Below, in pieces: positions 34,583 to 42,150 of a DNA stretch of 42,150 nt. The notes under the pieces were generated by a model that was given only the letters and a program-made list of their open reading frames with translations, was not told where the DNA came from and searched no databases. The stretch is from Verrucomicrobiota bacterium (lineage in GTDB: Bacteria > Verrucomicrobiota > Verrucomicrobiia > Opitutales > Coraliomargaritaceae): assembly GCA_039815375.1 (NCBI GenBank), contig JBCBZJ010000025.1, positions 1-42,150 on the forward strand, written 5' to 3'. The stretch's first letter is position 1. The number at the start of each line of letters is the position of its first letter. The position numbers and the translations under genes were made by a program.

Positions 34583-36025
34583 TCAACGGGCAAAGTTCTC
34601 GTAGCGGGTGTAGCGTCGAACAAAAGTTAAATCGATATCACCTACTGGCCCGTTACGCTGCTTGGCAATGATTAATTTGATATGCTCGACGTCTCCGGGA
34701 AGCCCTCCATCGCCAATACTTTCATCGTCTTCGCGTTTTTTGGGTCGGCTCAGCAGAAAAACTACATCCGCGTCCTGCTCGATCGAACCGGACTCACGCA
34801 GGTCGGAGAGTCGCGGATCGCGGTTATCTTTCTCCGATTCGCGATTGAGCTGACTCAACACAACGACCGGGACATTAAGCTCTTTAGCCAGCCCCTTCAC
34901 GCCGCGCGAGATATCTGCGATTTGTTGCTCACGCGGTGCACGTGAATCGGTGCCTCGAATCAACTGCAGGTAGTCGATAACAATGAGGCCGAGCTTGTGT
35001 TTGGCGTCGATTCGACGGGCCTTGGCTCGCAGATCGAGAATTGTAGAGTCGGCTACGTCATCAATCCAGAGAGGTGTGCTCTTTAATTCCTTCACAGCAC
35101 TCGCAATCTCAGCTGAATCCTGCTTTGAAATCACCCGGTCGCGAATACGCTTCATATCGACGCGGGCACGGCTGCAGATCAAACGCATCGCGAGTTGCGA
35201 AGATGTCATTTCCAAGCTGAAGACAAGCACACCACTCGGCTCTCGACCTCCATCAGGAAGAATCGCATGCTCAGCGAAATTCATCGCCAGACTGGTCTTA
35301 CCGACAGAGGGACGTGCAGCCAGAACGATCATCTGCCCGGGATGAAAACCATAGGTCATTCCGTCGAGATCACGAAAACCGGACATTACCCCATCAGCCT
35401 CCGACTTACCATTGAGCAACGCATGGATGTCGGCAACCGCCTCGTCCAGGGAGTCCTTAATCGGTGTAGCGGTTTTCGTCACGCGACCGCTGCTGATGTT
35501 ATGGATTTCCGACTCGATTCTATCAATAAAGACGCTGATGTCTTCCTGCTGCTGATAGCAGGCTTCTGTTGCTTCACGGGAGGTGCGAATCAGCCGGCGT
35601 AGCAGGTATTTCTCGTGAACGATGTTCGCATAGTATTTTGCGTGCGCAGGCGTCTCGATACGTCCCTGAATGTGATAGATTGCAGGCAAACCACCGATCT
35701 CTTCCTGTTCCCCCTTCTTTTGAAGATGATCGAAAAGGACGATTTCATCGATCGGCTCACCAAGCTCGTAGAGCTCAAGCAGAGACTCATAGATCAGCGC
35801 GTGGGACTGTTTGAAAAAGCAGTCGGGCTGAATATGCGATTCAATGCAGAGCGTGACGACCTCCAGGCCGCCATCAATTAGGCAGGCAGCAAGTAAACCT
35901 TCTTCCGCCTCAATATTATGAGGTGGCACACGCAACTCGTCAGCCGCTGTCGGCTGAGACCCACCCTGACGTTTCCTCCGGCTAAATTTAGGGCTGGAAC
36001 CAGCTACGCTTGATTCAATTGACAT
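34583..36025 (-). CDS. dnaB: Replicative DNA helicase
   Basis: Motifs [48 protein letters not shown] and KQRNGPVG. Confidence 0.98.
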   Translation of the reverse strand: MSIESSVAGSSPKFSRRKRQGGSQPTAADELRVPPHNIEAEEGLLAACLIDGGLEVVTLCIESHIQPDCFFKQSHALIYESLLELYELGEPIDEIVLFDHLQKKGEQEEIGGLPAIYHIQGRIETPAHAKYYANIVHEKYLLRRLIRTSREATEACYQQQEDISVFIDRIESEIHNISSGRVTKTATPIKDSLDEAVADIHALLNGKSEADGVMSGFRDLDGMTYGFHPGQMIVLAARPSVGKTSLAMNFAEHAILPDGGREPSGVLVFSLEMTSSQLAMRLICSRARVDMKRIRDRVISKQDSAEIASAVKELKSTPLWIDDVADSTILDLRAKARRIDAKHKLGLIVIDYLQLIRGTDSRAPREQQIADISRGVKGLAKELNVPVVVLSQLNRESEKDNRDPRLSDLRESGSIEQDADVVFLLSRPKKREDDESIGDGGLPGDVEHIKLIIAKQRNGPVGDIDLTFVRRYTRYENFAR

Positions 36026-36113
36026 CGGCTTTCGTGATGTCTGATAGTGACCCAAGGTTCAACATTAACCGCCGTGTGCGAAAAGAATGTTAACAAAACC
36101 TCGCGTAGACGGA

Positions 36114-36620
36114 TTACTCCTCCACTTGGACAACAGCTTTTTCTGCTTCCGTGCCTTCTTCGATCGGATTCTCGGAGACCACTTCGAACTTCAGCTCCAC
36201 ACTTACATCCGAATGAATTTTAACCATAGTTGTGTGCGAACCGAGCTCCTTGATCGGGGCTGGTAGAGAAAGTTGCTTTTTGACCAGTTCGACGCCCTCT
36301 TCCTTAAGTCGCTCGATCAGATCGTTGGCTGTAACCGCTCCAAACATCTTACCGCCCTCACCGGTCTTCACGGCGATCGCGATGCTGGTTGCGGAAACTT
36401 TTTCGCTCAGTGTGCGGGCGTCTTCGAACTCTTTCTGCTCACGCGCTTCGCGCGCTTTGAGAAGAGAATCAATGTGCTTTTTATTCGCTTGGGTAATAGG
36501 CAGGGCTAGCTTGCGCGGGAGCAGAAAGTTGCGTGCATAACCAGCGCGAACGGTAACTGTGTCACCCTCGGCGCCGAGTCCGTTGATGGGTTTTAGAAGG
36601 AGAACCTGATTATTGGCCAT
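36114..36620 (-). CDS. rplI: 50S ribosomal protein L9
   Basis: Motifs LGAEGDTVTVRAGYARNFLLP and GKMFGAVT. Confidence 0.97.
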   Translation of the reverse strand: MANNQVLLLKPINGLGAEGDTVTVRAGYARNFLLPRKLALPITQANKKHIDSLLKAREAREQKEFEDARTLSEKVSATSIAIAVKTGEGGKMFGAVTANDLIERLKEEGVELVKKQLSLPAPIKELGSHTTMVKIHSDVSVELKFEVVSENPIEEGTEAEKAVVQVEE

Positions 36621-36662
36621 AATGAATGATGCGTTTTTTGAAAAGGTAAGTTAGTGGTTTGC

Positions 36663-37094
36663 TCAGAATGGCACGTCTTCGTCCAAGGTATCATTTGCGG
36701 GAGCGGATGGCGCGGAATTCTGCGGAGGAGAACTTTGTTCGTAGCCGCCACCGCCAGTATTATCATCGCGACTTCCGACAAACTGGAAGTTTTCGAGAAC
36801 GACGCCCAACTTGCTGCGCTTCTGCCCGTCGCTCTCCCATTGGTCGAGCTTAAGGCGGCCTTCCACCATAAGTGGGCGGCCCTTGCGCATATATTTGGTG
36901 ATGACTTCAGCCTGTTTTCCGAATGCGTCGATATCGACAAAAGTGGTTTCTTCCCTCCGCTCACCATCGCGAGTAGAGTAAACGCGGGAGACCGCGAGGC
37001 CGAGCTTGCAGATGGTGTTACCGTTGGCCGTCACTCGAGTCTCCGGATCACGGGTCAAGTTGCCGAGAAGGATGACTTTATTGAACGAGGCCAT
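36663..37094 (-). CDS. ssb: Single-stranded DNA-binding protein
   Basis: Motifs FNKVILLGNLTRDPE and VEGRL, with C-terminal DEDVPF. Confidence 0.98.
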   Translation of the reverse strand: MASFNKVILLGNLTRDPETRVTANGNTICKLGLAVSRVYSTRDGERREETTFVDIDAFGKQAEVITKYMRKGRPLMVEGRLKLDQWESDGQKRSKLGVVLENFQFVGSRDDNTGGGGYEQSSPPQNSAPSAPANDTLDEDVPF

Positions 37095-37117
37095 AGGAAG
37101 ACGTGCGTTATTGAAGA

Positions 37118-37417
37118 TTAGAGGGATTCGACAAAGATGCGATTGACGCGCTTATCGAGACGTAGCTTTTCCTTGAGTTCGGCAGGCACCGTGCCGGGGC
37201 CACTGAAATAGACCTCAAGATAATGGCCTTGTGTGAAGCGCTGGTCGGCAGCGCGCACAAATTGGCGGATGCCAAGATCTTCGCCCTCGACATCTTCGGC
37301 ACTCATGCCGCCTAGAATTTCTGAGATATCAGCCAGGACCTTGGCTGCGTCGTCTTCAGATTCACGCAGGTCGAGGATGAAAGTTGCTTTATATTTGTTC
37401 GTTGTGGTTGCGCTCAT
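37118..37417 (-). CDS. rpsF: 30S ribosomal protein S6
   Basis: 99 aa with YKATFILD...DLGIRQF...GHY...RLDKRVNRI. Lies between pth and ssb. Confidence 0.85.
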   Translation of the reverse strand: MSATTTNKYKATFILDLRESEDDAAKVLADISEILGGMSAEDVEGEDLGIRQFVRAADQRFTQGHYLEVYFSGPGTVPAELKEKLRLDKRVNRIFVESL

Positions 37418-38000
37418 GCGTATTGAATGTGCGTTGGTTTATGGTGTTGAATGCTGGCTCGATTCCCTTGTCAACAACCAGTCTGATGTGGTTGAGGTAA
37501 GTGGGCATACGAGCCGTTAAAATGTCTTTTTCGTCCGGTTGGAATCGGCTAAGAACATAGTCTGCGAGGTCCATCTCTTTTTCTGGTTTATTTCCGATAC
37601 CAATGCGATACCTAACAAAGCCAGAGCCGATTTTCTCCAGAAGATCGGCGACCCCATTATGACCGCCTGCGCTTCCATTTACGCTAAGCTTTGCTCGCCC
37701 AAGATCGAGGTTGAGATCGTCGTAAACAACGAGCAGTGACTCAGGGCCGAGCTTACGATAGCGGAGAATAGCTCCGAGCGAGCGACCACTATCGTTCATA
37801 AAGGTCTGTGGTTTGACCAGCATGAGCTTGAGTTGGTCAGTCTGCGCCGTCGCCACTTCGGCCTCGAAACGTGCTTCGAAGCGTAAATTTGCACTTAAAT
37901 GGGTAGCCAGCCGGTCAATCACATCGAAGCCGATGTTGTGACGGGTGTTGCGGTATTTTTGGCCCGGATTTCCGAGACCTGCAATGACCGCGATGGACAT
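37389..38000 (-). CDS. pth: Peptidyl-tRNA hydrolase
   Basis: Motifs GLGNPGQKYRNTRHNIGF, KPQTFMNDSG, GGHNG and DYVL. Confidence 0.97.
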   Translation of the reverse strand: MSIAVIAGLGNPGQKYRNTRHNIGFDVIDRLATHLSANLRFEARFEAEVATAQTDQLKLMLVKPQTFMNDSGRSLGAILRYRKLGPESLLVVYDDLNLDLGRAKLSVNGSAGGHNGVADLLEKIGSGFVRYRIGIGNKPEKEMDLADYVLSRFQPDEKDILTARMPTYLNHIRLVVDKGIEPAFNTINQRTFNTHERNHNEQI

Positions 38001-38058
38001 TTGGAAAGAACGAGTCGGCTCGCAGTTAGCGAACCGGTGGTTGAAAGTTAGCTATTTT

Positions 38059-38727
38059 TTATTCAGCAACCGGAGCGTCAGCACCTGAGTTATCATCGCT
38101 GACCTTGGTTGCAGGCACTTCATCAGCAGCGACTTCCGCTACTGCGGAATCAGATGCAGCGGCAACTGTTGGCGGCTGACATGAGACGATGACCTGAGCA
38201 GGCTCGCCGAGATATTCGACTTCATCGAGTGCAGGCAGGTCGGAAATATGAATTGCTTGACCAACTGCCAGATTCGATACGTCAACTTCAACGTGCTCAG
38301 GCAGCTTGGAAGGACGCGAGCGAATCTCGACATCGAGAGACTTGTGATCGATGACACCGCCTTCGTTTCGAACACCAATGCAATCTGCTTCGCCTGTCAG
38401 ATGAATCGGCACATGCGTATTGAAAGTGTGACCACGCTCAATTTCCTGAAAATCAATGTGGTTGATCAGGTTTTTGACAGCATCACGCTGTATGGCTTGC
38501 ACAAGCGCTAAAGCAGCTTCGCCCTTTTCGTCCTTAAGCTCGATCACTGCGGCACCGCCACCGATCTCACGGTTGAGATTACGAAAATCGACTGCGGAAA
38601 CAGAAATCGAACGAGAATTGCCCTGACCGTAAAGAGAAGCGGGGATGCGGCCTTCCGCACGAAGACGGCGAGCGACGCCGCGACCAGTGTTTGTGCGGCT
38701 CGAGATGTTCAATGAGTAGGTTTGCAT
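38059..38727 (-). CDS. rplY: 50S ribosomal protein L25/Ctc
   Basis: Motifs ARRLRAEGRIPASLYG, HIDF, GVRNEGG and LPEHVEVDVSNL. ATG at 38727. Confidence 0.95.
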   Translation of the reverse strand: MQTYSLNISSRTNTGRGVARRLRAEGRIPASLYGQGNSRSISVSAVDFRNLNREIGGGAAVIELKDEKGEAALALVQAIQRDAVKNLINHIDFQEIERGHTFNTHVPIHLTGEADCIGVRNEGGVIDHKSLDVEIRSRPSKLPEHVEVDVSNLAVGQAIHISDLPALDEVEYLGEPAQVIVSCQPPTVAAASDSAVAEVAADEVPATKVSDDNSGADAPVAE

Positions 38728-38926
38728 GGTAATCGGTGCCAGTGCCGAAACACGTCCGGGAACGGCTCTGGAATTGAGAAAACGGGGCACAGTAAAATAG
38801 ACGATTCGAAAAGCAACCCTAACTTTGGGGATTTTTTAAACATGACAAAAAGCCTTGTTTCGCCGTCTCAGGGACGAAAGAACAGAACCGCTCAATGCGC
38901 GCAAGGCAGAAGGCAGAAATCCGACC

Positions 38927-40129
38927 ATGGCACAAGATCCGACACCACCCTTCACAGCCGAAAGACTTTCCGCGTTGGCTGAGATACCACTGAAGGGAAT
39001 CAAATCTCCAGGTTACGTGGTGCACCTTGATTTACTGGAGCAAAACTGCCGCCTCCTATCCTCTGTGAGCGAGCAGTCCGGGGCCAAAATACTCCTCGCC
39101 CTAAAGGGCTTTGCCTGCCACTCGACCTTTCCAGTGATTTCGAGTTACCTTTCCGGCACCACATCAAGCGGCCTCCACGAAGCGCTACTGGCAAGAGAGT
39201 TTTTCGGCAAAGAGATTCATGTTTATAGTCCGGCCTTCAAAACTGACGAGCTGGAGACGCTCACGGAATTTGCGCATACGCTCGTCTTTAACTCGCCGCA
39301 GCAGCTCACATTGGGAATCAAGACCCTAGGTGACCGAGTCCCTGAGATTGGCCTAAGAGTAAATCCTGAATACTCCGAAGTCGAAACCGAGCTCTACGAC
39401 CCCTGCGCATCTGATTCCAGACTTGGCACGACGCGGGAGGCGCTGGACGAGGCCATCAGAGACAAGCCAAACCTTCTATCATCCCTCGACGGCCTACACT
39501 TTCATGCACTTTGCGAGCAGGATGCAGATGCATTGGAGCACACCGTCGAAGTATTCGAGGCGCGATTCGGCGACCTTCTACCCAGGCTCAAATGGGTAAA
39601 TTTCGGAGGTGGCCACCATATCACACGTCCTGGCTATGACCTAGATCGGCTTATCCGCCTGATTCGCACCTTCCGTGAGCGCCATGACCTGGAAGTCTAT
39701 TTGGAACCCGGCGAAGCTGTTGCCCTCCATACCGGGATCCTGGTCGTCACCATCTTGGATATTCTAACATCCGGCGGCCGTAAAATCGCGATTCTGGATA
39801 CTTCAGCGACCTGCCATATGCCCGATGTTTTGGAAATGCCTTACCGCCCAAACATTCTCGGTGCAGGCCAACCCGGAGCACAAACATACACCTATCGCCT
39901 GGGAGGTCTGTCTTGTTTGGCAGGTGACGTGATCGGCGACTACTCTTTCGAGGAAGAACTACAGATTGGGCAGAGGCTCGCCTTTCTAGACATGTCACAT
40001 TACACGCTGGTCAAAACCACAACCTTCAATGGGGTCCCTCTGCCTTCAATAAATACTTACCAAAAAAACGTTGGCTTAAGAGAAATTCGTCAGTTTGGAT
40101 ATAAGGAATACCGAGACCGGCTTTCGTGA
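38927..40129 (+). CDS. nspC: Carboxynorspermidine/carboxyspermidine decarboxylase
   Basis: Motifs LLALKGF, HVYSPAF, GLHFHALCE, VNFGGGHHITR, HMPDVLEMPY, CLAGD and HYTLVKTTTFNG. Confidence 0.92.
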   Translation: MAQDPTPPFTAERLSALAEIPLKGIKSPGYVVHLDLLEQNCRLLSSVSEQSGAKILLALKGFACHSTFPVISSYLSGTTSSGLHEALLAREFFGKEIHVYSPAFKTDELETLTEFAHTLVFNSPQQLTLGIKTLGDRVPEIGLRVNPEYSEVETELYDPCASDSRLGTTREALDEAIRDKPNLLSSLDGLHFHALCEQDADALEHTVEVFEARFGDLLPRLKWVNFGGGHHITRPGYDLDRLIRLIRTFRERHDLEVYLEPGEAVALHTGILVVTILDILTSGGRKIAILDTSATCHMPDVLEMPYRPNILGAGQPGAQTYTYRLGGLSCLAGDVIGDYSFEEELQIGQRLAFLDMSHYTLVKTTTFNGVPLPSINTYQKNVGLREIRQFGYKEYRDRLS

Positions 40130-40309
40130 AACAGTTGTTGAATACTGATAATCTAGAACTAGGCTTTATCTGTAAATGAAGAGACCGCTTACTGCAAAAG
40201 GCATACTACTTGGTTTCGTTCTTCTCCTTTTGGCTATCATATCGACTATTCTTGTTCAAACTCAGCTACGCTCCACAGGCGCACCGACAGAGACGCAAAC
40301 TGAACAACC

Positions 40310-41401
40310 ATGAGACTCGAAGAACATCCTTTCATCAGATGCGTCTCGGAAGAGCGCAAAAGCATCGTGGTGGGTGCAATCGACGTTTTGGAGTTGGAAT
40401 CAGGTGATATGATCTTCGACGAGCAATCCGAACCGGATGCGCTATTCCTGATTCTTAAAGGCAGCGTCGAATTCACAAAGCTCAAGAGTGATGGTAACCA
40501 TCAACCTGTCAGCGAATCAGGAGAAGGTGCATTTTTTGGAGAAGTCGGCGTATTTACGGGCGAGCGTCGGGCGCTGGGTGCTTTTGCCAAGGGGGTCTGC
40601 ATACTCGGAAAGGTGCCCGAATCGACAGTAAAGCTCATCATAGAAGACGCAGAACCAGTTCGCAAAATCCTCGAAAGTGTTATCCAGCATCTCAATAGCA
40701 CGACCAGCCATTATATGAATGAAGTGATGCGGACCGAGAAACTTGCCCTCGTCGGCACAATGGTCTCGTCGATCCTTCACGACTTCAAAAACCCCTTCGC
40801 AATTATCAGCATGGGTGCTCAGCTGATCCTGAGAAACAGCCGAGACAACGAAAAGGTTACCAAGCTTTGCAACAACATCGAGTCTCAGATACGAAGTATG
40901 GTTCATATGGCTAACGATCTGGCTGCCTTTTCAAGAGGTGAAAACGAGATCGAGATCTCGAACGTCTCGCTTAAGGCGCTTTTTAAATACTTTAACGAGC
41001 TCAATGCTCCCGTCATTGCCGACGGGAAAGTCACTCTCGAATTGGAGCATAACCATATCAGCATGGAAGGCGATCAGATCAAGCTGCTCCGCGTTCTGCA
41101 AAATCTGGTTGGTAATGCGATCGACGCGATTCTTTCCAAAAAGGAAAATGGGCACGTCAGCGTTATTGCCAAGTTGACTGGAGACAATGTGATCCTGACC
41201 GTTAGCGACGACGGACCAGGCATACCGGAGGAGATACAGGACACTTTATTCGAGCCGTTCGTCACGCAAGGCAAGACGGGAGGAACCGGTCTGGGCACCG
41301 CCATCGCAAAATCGATCATCACCTCGCACAACGGGCACATCGATTTCGAAACCGGGGCTCAGGGAACTACCTTTACAGTTTGTCTCCCCAAAACACATTA
41401 G
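40310..41401 (+). CDS. Cytoplasmic sensor histidine kinase with an N-terminal cyclic-nucleotide-binding domain
   Basis: cNMP domain (LFLILKGSV...FFGEVGVFTGERRA), H-box ILHDFKNP, N-box NLVGNA, DDGPGIP, FEPFVT and GTGLG. No TM segment. Confidence 0.9.
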   Translation: MRLEEHPFIRCVSEERKSIVVGAIDVLELESGDMIFDEQSEPDALFLILKGSVEFTKLKSDGNHQPVSESGEGAFFGEVGVFTGERRALGAFAKGVCILGKVPESTVKLIIEDAEPVRKILESVIQHLNSTTSHYMNEVMRTEKLALVGTMVSSILHDFKNPFAIISMGAQLILRNSRDNEKVTKLCNNIESQIRSMVHMANDLAAFSRGENEIEISNVSLKALFKYFNELNAPVIADGKVTLELEHNHISMEGDQIKLLRVLQNLVGNAIDAILSKKENGHVSVIAKLTGDNVILTVSDDGPGIPEEIQDTLFEPFVTQGKTGGTGLGTAIAKSIITSHNGHIDFETGAQGTTFTVCLPKTH

Positions 41402-41466
41402 ACCATCGAACAGTCGGTGGCATAAACCAGTCGACTTCGTAAAGGCTCAGGCAGTATTAAATCAGT

Positions 41467-42148
41467 TTATGGACTATGTTGTGGAGCGAAACCCTCAATG
41501 ATAACGCAGGTTATCGCTTCTTTAAATCCCGTAAAATTAAATCTTGCCTCGAAATTAGACTGAATTGGTACAGCCATAGATTTGATTTGCTTTTTACCTG
41601 AGCCCAAACAAAGCGCTTTGTCGGTGACGGATTCGTCGATGCCGTGAATGATCATCATATCATTTTTTAATTATAAAACGTTTGTTTCACTTAGATCATA
41701 GGTATTCAACAAGTGCTTGTTAACATTGATCCACTCTAAGCCATCCTGGCTCATATAGTGCTGCCATATCGCTTTACCTTTTTTACGTGCGAAGTGCTTT
41801 TACAAAAAGATTTACTCCTTGTTTATCTTGGAAAAGTCTTGGTACTTCAAGCCCACCAGAAATCTTAAAGATTGGACTCCAAAGATAGAAAGCTTCTGCT
41901 CCGGGTTTCAGATTTTGAAAGAATACGTCTCCGAAAATAAAGTTGGTTGAAACCGAGGAGCGCGTGCACGCGCATTTCCCACACATCTTTATACTAGTTG
42001 GCACTTCATGAGCTTACTGGTTAGCCTGTTGGGTTCAATTCTGAGTTAACTTTCCTTCGCTAGAATATCGCCACTTCGAGATCTCAGAGAAATTTATGCC
42101 GTTGAGCGACTTGGTAAATCCAACCGCTCTGCTAAATGGATCGAGTAG
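41467..42148 (-). pseudogene. Probable decayed AT-rich gene running off the window end (possibly a beta-propeller/Asp-box protein)
   Basis: Collinear frame pieces with in-frame stops at 42035-42037, 42014-42016 and 41671-41673, and a frameshift near 41785. Contains YMSQDGLEW and KSLNGINF. Confidence 0.4.
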
Positions 42149-42150
42149 CA

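Noticed and set aside
34583..36025. Intein in DnaB
   Set aside because: Length is normal (~480 aa) and the motifs are contiguous.
38855..38926. Riboswitch or ribozyme upstream of nspC (CGTC-TCAGG-GACGAAAG)
   Set aside because: Only a 4-5 bp stem, with no complete match to any motif I recognise.
41960..41973. Perfect 14-bp palindrome GCGCGTGCACGCGC
   Set aside because: A few 7-bp-arm palindromes are expected by chance in 42 kb, and there is no supporting context.

Overview
A mostly housekeeping, densely packed bacterial chromosome segment. Gene content and order suggest Verrucomicrobiota/Opitutales, which is an inference. In order: mfd (5'-truncated), Ppx/GppA, a SAM methyltransferase, a Na+/solute symporter pair, lysA, cdd, a PHP histidinol-phosphatase, a DUF5069-like gene plus glutaredoxin, gltBD, a hisC-hisB-folP-folB-folK-Rdx-SMUG1 run, hisD, guaA, the rplY-pth-rpsF-ssb-rplI-dnaB-bamA-skp-lpxD-prs cluster, nspC and a cNMP-domain histidine kinase. 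Accessory DNA is limited to two places. The first is a ~1.2 kb relic island between gltD and tRNA-Ile2(CAT): an IS5-family 3' end joined to a truncated, nonsense-interrupted tyrosine integrase that reads into the tRNA antisense. The second is an AT-rich, multiply disrupted reading frame at the right edge. The most notable signals are a folP with no ATG/GTG/TTG upstream of its conserved N-terminal motif (probable ATT start), SMUG1 coupled to the folate genes, and a hairpin-rich gltB leader. I found no CRISPR array, no intact mobile element and no clearly new multi-gene system.
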